A DNA stretch of 64,000 bases from an uncultured Acidobacteriota bacterium. GTDB taxonomy: Bacteria; Acidobacteriota; JAQAZP01. The notes beneath the pieces were generated by a model. It worked only from the letters and a program-made list of their open reading frames with translations, was not told the origin of the DNA and ran no database searches. Of the stretch, positions 18,361-27,359 are shown one piece after another. The stretch spans positions 2,848,001 through 2,912,000 of the forward strand of contig CAWIIB010000009.1 of the NCBI GenBank assembly GCA_963836075.1, in the 5' to 3' direction. The position numbers were made by a program, and so were the translations under genes. The first letter of the stretch is position 1; each line of letters starts with the position of its first letter.

Positions 18361-19355
18361 TCAGCGGCGGCCGCCGGCCACAATCACCCCGTATCCGGAT
18401 TGGTAGGCGTCGAAGGAGAGCTCGGGGATTTCCCTCACCTCTCCTTCGCCGTCGTGGTTCCAGACCTTCACCGTTGAGGGGTGGTTTTCTCCCGGCCCCG
18501 GTCCGGTGATGATCTCGTCCATGCCGTCACCGTCCACGTCGGCCGCGGCCACCGTGGCGCCGAAGGAGGTCAGGTCGGTGTAGGCCATGAAGTTGACCTG
18601 GCTGATCGGGGTCAGTGTCCCGCCGTCGTAGTTCCAGGCCCGGATGTGCGAACCGAACACGGCGGCCGGCCCCGGGGCGGTGATGATCTCGTCGATGCCG
18701 TCACCGTCGATGTCGCCGCAGGCCACCCGCACACCGTAGTGACTGGTGGCGTAGGCCATGAAGCTGACCCCGGAAATGGGGGTGGCCGCGCCGCCGTCCA
18801 CGTTGAAGGCGCGGACGTGGGGGCCGAAGACGGCGCCCGGTCCGGCGCCGGTGATGATCTCGTCCATCCCGTCACCGTCGATGTCGCCGGCGCAGACGTT
18901 GACGCCCCACTTCAGCGTGCCGTAGGCGAAGAAGTTGACGTCAGTCATCGGTGACCTCGTAGCGCCGTCGAATTCGAAGGCCCTGACGTGGGGACCGAAG
19001 ACCGCGCCAGGCCCGGCGCCGGTGATGATCTCGTCAATGCCGTCACCATTGAGGTCGGCGCAGGCCACGTTGACTCCATATTTCGGTGTGCCGTAGGCCA
19101 TGAAGCTGGTCCCGCCGCCCACCGGGGTGCCCTCGAAATCAAAGGCCCGCACGTGGGGGCCGAACACGGCGCCCGGTCCCGGGCCGGTGATGATCTCGCA
19201 AAGGCCGTCGCCGGTGATGTCGCCGCAGGCCACGTTGACCCCGAACTCCGCGACACCGTAAGCGGTGAACTCGGAAGAGGCCGTGCCGCCGGCGTCCGGG
19301 GCAAAGGTGCGCACCAGCGGGGTGTTGGCCGGCCCCGGTCCCGGGCCGGTGACGA
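18361..19355 (-). repeat. Coding tandem FG-GAP repeats, copy 2
   Basis: Same unit as at 7371-8370 (AYGTxKxGVNVxxGDxDGDGxDEIITGxGPGAVFGPHVRAF). Confidence 0.85.
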
Positions 19356-21072
19356 TATGGGCCGGCGCGGGCGGCTCGGCGGTGCCGATGACCCGCAGCG
19401 AGGGGTCGCCGAAGATGATCCAGGTGTTGAACATGTCCACGCCGCCGCCGCCGTACTCGTCCATCATCGAGCAGGAGCCGGCAAAGCAGAGGGCACCGTA
19501 GCTGTTGTAGCCCTGGTCGCAGACCAGGAAGTTGTAAGCGTCCTGGGCCTCCATGGGCGGGTCCCAGGACTGGTTGATCGAACTCATGTAGGCTCCCACC
19601 GCGCCGGAGGGCTGGCCGTCGCTGGTGGCCCGCAGCCAGGCTTCACCGAAGCAGGTGGGGCCGTCAAAGTCGCCGTTGACACAGGCCACGCTGAAGATGA
19701 AGGGCAGCATACCCTGGTTGTTCAGTGCGTTGACGTGGGAGTTGGAGAAGCCGCTGGAACCCCAGGAGGTGGTGGAACCGTGGCCGGTGTAGTTGATGAT
19801 GCCGCGGCCCTCGTTGAGGGCGAAGCTGACCTGGGAGGAACTGGCCGAGGGGTCGTAGATGCGGTCCACCTCGCTGTAGCCGTTGGCCAGCAGCTCGTCA
19901 CGGATATTGTCCATGTGGTCGTCGTCGTACTCGTTGTCGTCTCCCGGCCCCTGGTTCGAGGCCACGCCCATGCCTTTCCAGTACCAGTCGGCCACGGTGG
20001 AGCCGTCGGTCTCGTAGGCGATGGTCCGCTGGACCTGGGTGTCCACGTCGTCGGCCGAACCGGCGGAGAAGCGGCCGACCAGGATGTCGGGGTAGTTGTC
20101 CCCGCCGGCCAGTTTGGAGTACGAGGGATCCGAAGAACCGCCCGAGGCCCGCGGCGTATCCACCTGGCTGCCGTCGCCCACCAGCAGCACGAAGGCCAGG
20201 TCGCTGCTGTCGAAGACTGTCTGGATGTGGCTCTTGATCGATGCGTGGTCGTTGCCGATGGTGGAGACGCCCACCACGGTGGCGCTGATCCCCATGGCCG
20301 TCCTGTGCGCGGCCAGCGGCTGGACATTGGGGATCCAGGCGTCGTGACAGATGATCAGCAGGTCGCCCTCTTCATCGAGCGCGGTGTAATCGGTCTGCCG
20401 GTAGTTGATGAAGTGCGTGCGGTAGATGTCTTCGAAAGAGGCGCTGCGCTGCCGCTGAAATCCGGTGCGGTCCACGACGTTGACCGTGTCCGCTGCGCCG
20501 GGCAGGATCTCCACAGTCATCTCGCGGCAGACCCGCAGCAGGCCGAGGGCCGGGCTGTAGCGGAAGGGGTTCACCGTCAGGACAGCGCCGCGGACGTCGC
20601 GCAGGATATACGGTTCGCCCAGGCCGGCTTCATCCGCGGGGAAAAAGGCGGCGCTCTGGTAGACCTTTCCGAAGCTGTAGGGAACGGTGGCCGGGTCCAC
20701 CGTGCGGAGGATGAAACCGCGGGAGGGGGCCACCCTGATCCCGCTCACCTCGTCCCACGTGCTCTCCAGCACGCGCACCGTCATCCGCCGGTCGTCGGGG
20801 ATGATCAGGCTGCGCGACACGTCGGGCAGGGCCGGGGCGCCGGCGATTTTCATCAGACTTTCCTTGCCCAGTCTGATCTCGGACCAGGGTTCCCCGCCGA
20901 TGTTGACGGTACGCTCGGTGAAGTCGGCGAAGCGGTAGTTGACCAGGATCCTGTCCGGTCCGTTCTCCAGCACCGTCACCGACACCGGGTCGGCGGCCTG
21001 CACGGCCAGGGCGGAGAAGGCCAAAAGGATGAGCAGAATGATGGCGGTCTTGAAGGTGTTCATCTTGTGCAT
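18361..21072 (-). CDS. Gingipain-like cysteine peptidase (C25) with propeptide and C-terminal FG-GAP module
   Basis: Signal peptide, C25 propeptide (G.PALP..SRSLIIP, PYILRDVRG), LLVGD, SD..Y, VGRFS, catalytic YTGHG and SVACVNG, WIIFGDPSL, then FG-GAP repeats. Confidence 0.92.
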   Translation of the reverse strand: MHKMNTFKTAIILLILLAFSALAVQAADPVSVTVLENGPDRILVNYRFADFTERTVNIGGEPWSEIRLGKESLMKIAGAPALPDVSRSLIIPDDRRMTVRVLESTWDEVSGIRVAPSRGFILRTVDPATVPYSFGKVYQSAAFFPADEAGLGEPYILRDVRGAVLTVNPFRYSPALGLLRVCREMTVEILPGAADTVNVVDRTGFQRQRSASFEDIYRTHFINYRQTDYTALDEEGDLLIICHDAWIPNVQPLAAHRTAMGISATVVGVSTIGNDHASIKSHIQTVFDSSDLAFVLLVGDGSQVDTPRASGGSSDPSYSKLAGGDNYPDILVGRFSAGSADDVDTQVQRTIAYETDGSTVADWYWKGMGVASNQGPGDDNEYDDDHMDNIRDELLANGYSEVDRIYDPSASSSQVSFALNEGRGIINYTGHGSTTSWGSSGFSNSHVNALNNQGMLPFIFSVACVNGDFDGPTCFGEAWLRATSDGQPSGAVGAYMSSINQSWDPPMEAQDAYNFLVCDQGYNSYGALCFAGSCSMMDEYGGGGVDMFNTWIIFGDPSLRVIGTAEPPAPAHIVTGPGPGPANTPLVRTFAPDAGGTASSEFTAYGVAEFGVNVACGDITGDGLCEIITGPGPGAVFGPHVRAFDFEGTPVGGGTSFMAYGTPKYGVNVACADLNGDGIDEIITGAGPGAVFGPHVRAFEFDGATRSPMTDVNFFAYGTLKWGVNVCAGDIDGDGMDEIITGAGPGAVFGPHVRAFNVDGGAATPISGVSFMAYATSHYGVRVACGDIDGDGIDEIITAPGPAAVFGSHIRAWNYDGGTLTPISQVNFMAYTDLTSFGATVAAADVDGDGMDEIITGPGPGENHPSTVKVWNHDGEGEVREIPELSFDAYQSGYGVIVAGGRR

Positions 21073-21677
21073 TCTCTTTCGAAGATAATCGTTCTGTCGG
21101 AACTATTGTCTGGTTGTCGGTCGGCTCTGTATCTGGTGTGCTGTCTGAGGTCGGTCCCCTCCATTGTCGCGGCGTTGGTTCCGGTCTCCTGCAAGACCGA
21201 TGCGGCCCCGATTGGATACCCCCCATACTTATCGGCCATTCCTCATGTAACCGATAGACTATCAGGAATTAAAATGAAAGCCAAGTTTAATGATGCGGAG
21301 CAGCGAAAAAGTTAGAAAACCTATGGGATTTATACTACACTACACCGTTTCCCCGGGCTTCAGTTGCAAAACGGACGAACCGTATTCAAGGTGGAACAGT
21401 GACCGGGCCGTGTCCGGATTGTGGCAATGATGTGCTGTTTTGAGGAATATTTTTAGCCTGACAGGTGGACATGGGTTGTTGACTGTCAGTGATCAACCTC
21501 TGCATGATTATTGCTTATAGTTATTATGTAAGGTAAGCGGGCAGCAGACCCGGCACAGGCAGGCATACTGGAAAATCAGTACAGGGATGATCCGGGAACG
21601 ATCACCCGAAGGGGAGATTGGTCCGGCCATTTTCCCGGTGGTTACACGCGGGAAACCGCTGCTGGAAAGTGTGATTC

Positions 21678-22304
21678 ATGTGGCTGAAGCGGATATTCGA
21701 CATTCTGGTTTCCACGGCCATGATTCTCGTAGCCCTGCCCCTGCTGGTGATTGTCTCCGTGCTGATCAAGCTCGATTCCTCGGGGCCAGTTATCTATCGC
21801 GGAAAACGAATGGGCAAGGGCGGTGTTGTCTTTGACATTCTAAAGTTCAGATCAATGATTCCCGATGCACAAAAGGTCGGACCAGATGTGACCTACAAGC
21901 ATGATACCAGGATCACCCGCTTGGGAAGGCTGCTTCGGAAAACCAAAGTAGATGAGCTGCCACAACTGTTCAACGTGCTGAGGGGTGAGATGAGTCTTGT
22001 GGGGCCGCGGGCCGAGGATCCGAAATACCGGCCGAGCTTCGAAGGCCGGTTCTGGCCCGTGCTCAGCCTGCCGCCGGGAATGACCGGGTTATCGTGGGTC
22101 AGAATGCACCGCTATCATGAGGAAAACATCGATCCGGGGGATGATCAGGAAAAGCACTACATCGAGGTATCGTTGCCCAGAAAGCTGGAGGTGGACCTCG
22201 AGTATGTGCAGACCCGCTCCTTCTGGCTGGACATCGAACTGATGCTGCGAACCCTGGTGGAGCTGATCAAGCGCCAACCGGAGCCGGTGGAGGATGAGGA
22301 GTGA
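21678..22304 (+). CDS. Priming sugar transferase (undecaprenyl-phosphate phosphoglycosyltransferase)
   Basis: KRIFDI, DSSGPVIY, KFRSM, DELPQLFNVLRGEMSLVGPR, PGMTG. Confidence 0.93.
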   Translation: MWLKRIFDILVSTAMILVALPLLVIVSVLIKLDSSGPVIYRGKRMGKGGVVFDILKFRSMIPDAQKVGPDVTYKHDTRITRLGRLLRKTKVDELPQLFNVLRGEMSLVGPRAEDPKYRPSFEGRFWPVLSLPPGMTGLSWVRMHRYHEENIDPGDDQEKHYIEVSLPRKLEVDLEYVQTRSFWLDIELMLRTLVELIKRQPEPVEDEE

Positions 22305-23275
22305 GCGAGATCAAGCTGCGCAGATACGAACGAACCGACGGTGAACAGATCATTTCACTGGTCAACCTGGTCCAGGGGCACGTGCCCTTCACCATTGAAC
22401 GGTGGCGCTGGGAATATCCGGAATGCCAGGGCGGCCCGGCCATGGTCTGGGTGGCGGAACACGAGGGGAAGGTCATCGGGCACAACGGGAAGCTGCGGTT
22501 CGACTGCTTTGTCGATGGTGAGAAGGAAGGGATCCTCCTCTGGGTCGACGCCATGGTGCACCCCGACTATCGCCGTCGAAATCTTCACGCGGAGTTGAGC
22601 GGCTGCATCCTCACAGAATTCAAGAACGGTGGTGTTCCGTTGTCCATCGTGTTTCCCAACGAACGTTCGTTCCGGCAACTGGTGAAGGACGAGTGGGTCA
22701 AGGTGGCCCAGACCCCCGATCTGGCTGTGAACCCTGGTGAGTTCCACAACCCGCCGGCTGCCGGGGCTGTGGACGTGAGACCCGTGGCCCGGTTCGGCGC
22801 TGAGATGGAGGGCCTGCTTGCCTCGTTGAGATCGACATTCCGTTTTGCCCTGATGCGGCATCCGGCCTATCTCAACTGGCGCTATGTCGACAAGCCTGAC
22901 GACACCTATCTGCCCTTGCTTGCCCTTAAGGGAGGCCGGGTCTGCGGCTACATGGTTTACAAGCTGTTCGACAAGCCGGGTGAACCGAGACGTTCCCACA
23001 TCGTCGATATCTGGACCGATCCGCAAGACCGCGGGGCGATGACCGCGCTGGTCCGTCACGCCCTGGCCCTGGCCGTGGAAGCGAATTCTGTGGAACTCTC
23101 CACCTGGATGTTCCCCCATGCACCGGTCTACCCGGTTCTCGAAGAGCACGGGTTCGTGTCCCGGCCGAGAGACCGTTATCTTTTTGCCAACGTTTCGAAC
23201 CGCTGGGACTTCGGGGATGCCGTGGGGGATCCCGCGAACTGGTATCTGACGATGGGCGATTCCGACGTGTATTGA
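22301..23275 (+). CDS. GNAT-family N-acyltransferase
   Basis: DAMVHPDYRRRNL acyl-CoA motif, FPN..S, YLNWRY second domain, GDSD C-terminus. Confidence 0.8.
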   Translation: MSEIKLRRYERTDGEQIISLVNLVQGHVPFTIERWRWEYPECQGGPAMVWVAEHEGKVIGHNGKLRFDCFVDGEKEGILLWVDAMVHPDYRRRNLHAELSGCILTEFKNGGVPLSIVFPNERSFRQLVKDEWVKVAQTPDLAVNPGEFHNPPAAGAVDVRPVARFGAEMEGLLASLRSTFRFALMRHPAYLNWRYVDKPDDTYLPLLALKGGRVCGYMVYKLFDKPGEPRRSHIVDIWTDPQDRGAMTALVRHALALAVEANSVELSTWMFPHAPVYPVLEEHGFVSRPRDRYLFANVSNRWDFGDAVGDPANWYLTMGDSDVY

Positions 23276-23342
23276 GGCGAGCCCCGGCAAGCCGGGTCGA
23301 AGCGTTCTGGATGGCGACAACCCTGGGGATTGGACGTAAACA

Positions 23343-25058
23343 ATGGAAATCAATCAAAACAACATTTTCAGTTTCCGCAGCCTTTTCAGGCACCGCTTTT
23401 ATTACTTCCTGATCCCGTTCCTGCTGCTGCTCAGCATGGTCCTGGCGGTCACTTTCATTCTCCCGGTGAAGTACGAGTCTTCGGTCACCATGCTGTCGGA
23501 GAAAGGGAACATCTCCGCTGACGTGGTCCAGGCCTGGAGCACCAACTTTGTCGACCAGCGGATGGACGAGCTGCAGCAGGTGATCATGAGCCGCAACACC
23601 CTCAAAGAGGTGATCGAACGGAACGGTCTGTACAAGAAGTTCCTCACCGATCACACCATGGATGAAGCCATCGCAAAGATGAAGGAGAACATCAGTTACT
23701 CCACCACCAAGACCGATATCGTCAACCCCGGCGGCGGCCGACCGGTGCAGTCGATCCTCACCTTTGTCATCACCTTCAAAAACGGTGACCCGGAGGTCGC
23801 CCGCACGGTGACCGGGGAGATGGCCCAGCTCTACATCGACCGCAATACGCTGGCCATGGAGCGGCAGTTCGACGACACCATGTCCTTCCTCGAGTCGGAG
23901 CACCGTCAGCTTGAAACGGCGATTACCACGCTGGAAGGGGAAATCGCGGCGTTCAAGAGTGAGCACGTGGACCAGATGCCCGAGTTGATGTCCACCACGC
24001 TGCAGGCCCTGGCCAAGCTGGAAACCGATATCGAGAACCAGGTCCTCTCGATCCAGAATCTGCGGGAACGGAAGCTGGAGCTGGAGGGAAGCCTGAAAAA
24101 AACCGACCCTTACGGTTCCATGGTCCAGTCCACCGGCGAGAAGGTGACGAGCCCCGAGGAAAGCCTCGATTCCCTCCGGTTCGAGTACATCTCCAAACGA
24201 TCGTCCATGTCGGAAAAGCACCCGGACATCATTTCGCTGAAGAAACAGATCACGGAACTGGAGAAGGTGGTCTCCCGGAGGTCGGAAGCAAACGACCTGC
24301 GGAAACAGCTTCGGGTTCTCGAAACCCGCTCGGCTGAAATGAGCGGCGGGATGTCCGCCGATCATCCCGACGTGGTGGCGCTGAACAGTGAGATCGCGAC
24401 ACTCCGTGCGGCGCTGGACGGGTTGACGAACCAGATTTCCGCCGCTCAGGAGGATCAGGCGCGGGATCCGGACAACCCGGCCTATATCGAGCTGGAGACC
24501 CAGCTGGCCATCGTGAATCTCGATATCCAGGAGAGCATGAACAGCCTGGAGCAGATGAAGGGAAAACGAAATTCCTACTCCTATCGTGTCCGCTCGATGC
24601 CGGGGGTGGAAGAGCAATATCTTTCCCTGACCCGCAATTACGAAAGTCTGAAGAGTGAATACCAGGATGTCAGCAACAAGCTCACCGAAGCGAACAAGGC
24701 CAGGAGCCTGGAGTCGGAGCAGAAAGGGGAGCGGTTCACCATTCTTGAGCCGGCCAACTTGCCGAGCAAGCCGACGTCGCCGAATATCCCGGTCTATCTC
24801 ACACTGGGCCTGGTGCTGAGCCTCCTGGTCGGCGTGGGGGCCGTCTATCTCGCGGAACTGACGGACACGACGATGAACACGGCCGTAGACCTGCGCCGGG
24901 CCACCGACCTGCCGGTGTTCATGTCGATCCCCTTCATGGAGAACCGGGAAAACCGGATGTGGCGGTTCTTCCGGAGAATCCTGATCATCACGGCGCTGGT
25001 CGCCGTGCTCGGTCTCGCCGCGCTGGTAGTCGGGTACTACCTGGTGAACTTCACCTAA
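23343..25058 (+). CDS. GumC/Wzc-type polysaccharide co-polymerase (chain-length regulator)
   Basis: TM-LPVKYES, long coiled coil with HPD motifs, GERFTILEPANLPSKPTSPN-TM. Confidence 0.9.
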   Translation: MEINQNNIFSFRSLFRHRFYYFLIPFLLLLSMVLAVTFILPVKYESSVTMLSEKGNISADVVQAWSTNFVDQRMDELQQVIMSRNTLKEVIERNGLYKKFLTDHTMDEAIAKMKENISYSTTKTDIVNPGGGRPVQSILTFVITFKNGDPEVARTVTGEMAQLYIDRNTLAMERQFDDTMSFLESEHRQLETAITTLEGEIAAFKSEHVDQMPELMSTTLQALAKLETDIENQVLSIQNLRERKLELEGSLKKTDPYGSMVQSTGEKVTSPEESLDSLRFEYISKRSSMSEKHPDIISLKKQITELEKVVSRRSEANDLRKQLRVLETRSAEMSGGMSADHPDVVALNSEIATLRAALDGLTNQISAAQEDQARDPDNPAYIELETQLAIVNLDIQESMNSLEQMKGKRNSYSYRVRSMPGVEEQYLSLTRNYESLKSEYQDVSNKLTEANKARSLESEQKGERFTILEPANLPSKPTSPNIPVYLTLGLVLSLLVGVGAVYLAELTDTTMNTAVDLRRATDLPVFMSIPFMENRENRMWRFFRRILIITALVAVLGLAALVVGYYLVNFT

Positions 25059-25110
25059 CGCTGGAATTTGCTGGCAGTGCGCCACGAAATATGCCTGTCA
25101 CGTAGGGAGC

Positions 25111-25815
25111 ATGATGACGATGGCCAGAATGGTCGAACTGGATGTGCAGAGACTGAACGAACACCGGGTCTTGGCCGACACCGAAAGCGGGCCGCTGCTC
25201 GACCGCTACAAACTGCTCAAGACCCAGATCCTGCAGAGCGAGCTGAAGCGCGACGCCCGGACTCTGATGATCACCAGCGCGGTGATGGGGGAAGGCAAGT
25301 CGACCACGTCGTTGAACCTGGCCGTGGCCTTCTCGCAGGAAATTGACCGTAAAGTCCTGCTGGTGGAGGCCGACCTGGCCCACCCGTCGTTTGGCAGGAT
25401 TCTCGACCTCGATCCGGATTCCCCGGGCCTGGTGGACCATCTGCTGGACGGCCGGCCGCTGGAAGACCTGCTGATCCAGAGCAGTGTCAGCAACCTGATG
25501 ATCCTGCCTGCCGGACGCAGCGTACCCAATTCGGGGGAGCTGCTGGGATCCCGGCAGATGAAAAAACTGGTCGATGATCTGAAAGGGCAGTTCCCCGACC
25601 GCTTCATCATCTTTGACACATCGCCGGTTATCGAGTCCGCCGATGCGCTGGTCTTCTCGGAACTGGTTGACGCCATCCTGCTGGTCGTCGCGGCGGGAGA
25701 GACGCCGGTGTCCCGGATTCGAAAGGCCCAGGAGATCCTGGAGAACAAGAACCTCATCGGCCTGATGCTGAACAAAGCCAGGCGGGAACCCGCCACCGGG
25801 AGAAAACGGCCCTGA
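25111..25815 (+). CDS. CpsD/CapB-family bacterial tyrosine kinase domain
   Basis: Walker A GEGKST, A' VEADL, Walker B FDTSP, ends GLMLNK with no Tyr cluster. Confidence 0.9.
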   Translation: MMTMARMVELDVQRLNEHRVLADTESGPLLDRYKLLKTQILQSELKRDARTLMITSAVMGEGKSTTSLNLAVAFSQEIDRKVLLVEADLAHPSFGRILDLDPDSPGLVDHLLDGRPLEDLLIQSSVSNLMILPAGRSVPNSGELLGSRQMKKLVDDLKGQFPDRFIIFDTSPVIESADALVFSELVDAILLVVAAGETPVSRIRKAQEILENKNLIGLMLNKARREPATGRKRP

Positions 25816-25883
25816 TCGGCCTGGCCCCGCAGGATTCGAATCACCATCAGCCTGTACAGTAATTAGAAGGAAGCACCACCAAG

Positions 25884-27359
25884 ATGAGCCCTCGTTTATC
25901 CACACCTCTGAGAATTTTCAAAAACTTTGCGGTCCGCTTTGTGGGGCGGATTCTGAGCATCGTGATCAGCCTGGTGGTGATGGCCATGCTTGGCCGCTAC
26001 CTGGGGGAAGCGGGGTATGGGGATTACGCGTTCTGGTACAACCTGATCTTCCTCATGCAGCTTTTCGGCGACCTCGGCCTGCAGGTCATCGTCACGCGTG
26101 AAATCGCCCGGGACCGTGAAAACGTCTCCACCTACTTCGGTGACGCGATCATTCTCAAGCTGATGCTCTCCGTGGTCTATATCTTCGGGGTGGGGCTTGC
26201 GGCATTTTTCCTCGTCCCCGAGGCCTCGGTGCCGGTGCTGCTGGTGGTCAGCGTGGCGGCGCTGTTCGGTTCGTCCCAGGACATTTCCATCTGGATCTTC
26301 CGCGGCATCGAGGCGATGGAGTTCGAGGCCCTGCTGATGATCCTGAGCCAGATCTTCTGGCTCGGCTGTGTCTGGCTCTTCATCCGCAACGATCTCGGCC
26401 TGGCCTGGATGGTTGCCGCCCAGATGATTGCCAACATCCTGCGGATGACCATCGGCATCTCCATCGTGCTGGCCAAGGGCATCAGGCCGTCCTTCCGCTT
26501 CCATTGGCCACGGTTCAAGCTTCTGCTCTTCGCGGCACTGCCGGTGGGGGTGACCCTGATGGTCTCGGTGCTGCACAGCTACACCAACATCGCCCTGCTC
26601 AAGTGGCTGGCCCGGCCCGAGGATATCTCGTCCTTCAACGTCGGGATGGTGGTGACCAGCGGTTTCCTTTTTCTCTCCATCACCCTGACCACCTCCTTCT
26701 TTCCCGTCTTTACGCGGTATGTGAAGGAGCAGGACCCGCGTCTGCCGTCGTTTTACGCCCAGATCTCGAAATACCTGGTGATCATTTCGGCTCCGGTCTC
26801 CATCGGCCTGGTCCTGCTCGCGCACCAGATCGTTGAACTGATGTTCAAGAGCGGGTTTACCGATTCCGTGCTCAGCCTGCAGATCCTCAGCGTCACGCTG
26901 ATCTTCCGTTTCTTCAACCGCATGTACCGTTTCGTGTTCCCGGCCAGTGACGCCCAGTTGCGCAGCCTGCGGCACGAGATCGCGGGCATCGTGACCAACC
27001 TCGCCCTGGCCCTGGTGCTCATCCCGAAGTACCAGTTCATCGGCGCCTGCCTGGCTTTCGTTGCCGGCGAGAGCATGCTCTTCCTGCTCAACTACATCTT
27101 CATGTCCCGGCGCATCTCGCCGCTGCCGTTGATGAAGGTTTTGGGAAGGCCCATGCTGGCCAGCCTGGCCATGGGGGTGGTGGTCTGGTTTCTCCGGGAG
27201 GCGAACATCGCCATCGTGCTCATCGCGGCCGGCGTGACCTACGTCGCGTCGCTGTTTCTTTTTCGGGTCCTGTCGGTCAAGGAAATACAGTTCATCAAAG
27301 AGGTCGCCCGCATGGGCAAATCGATGAAGAAGAACAGGGGGCCGGAAGTGAATGGGTAG
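25884..27359 (+). CDS. wzx: Wzx-type polysaccharide flippase
   Basis: KNF..., RYLG...YG, DLGL....REIAR, LIPKY..IGA; about 14 TM helices. Confidence 0.9.
   Translation: MSPRLSTPLRIFKNFAVRFVGRILSIVISLVVMAMLGRYLGEAGYGDYAFWYNLIFLMQLFGDLGLQVIVTREIARDRENVSTYFGDAIILKLMLSVVYIFGVGLAAFFLVPEASVPVLLVVSVAALFGSSQDISIWIFRGIEAMEFEALLMILSQIFWLGCVWLFIRNDLGLAWMVAAQMIANILRMTIGISIVLAKGIRPSFRFHWPRFKLLLFAALPVGVTLMVSVLHSYTNIALLKWLARPEDISSFNVGMVVTSGFLFLSITLTTSFFPVFTRYVKEQDPRLPSFYAQISKYLVIISAPVSIGLVLLAHQIVELMFKSGFTDSVLSLQILSVTLIFRFFNRMYRFVFPASDAQLRSLRHEIAGIVTNLALALVLIPKYQFIGACLAFVAGESMLFLLNYIFMSRRISPLPLMKVLGRPMLASLAMGVVVWFLREANIAIVLIAAGVTYVASLFLFRVLSVKEIQFIKEVARMGKSMKKNRGPEVNG

Noticed and set aside
21500-21515. sigma54-like CTGCATGATTATTGCT upstream of the EPS operon (and CCGCATCGGTCTTGCA on the minus strand near 21190)
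   Set aside because: Both lack the invariant GG at -24.
21080-21670. Long AT-richer intergenic region as a riboswitch, ncRNA or ops/JUMPStart site
   Set aside because: No recognisable riboswitch consensus, GGCGGTAG element or terminator; best explained as a divergent promoter region.
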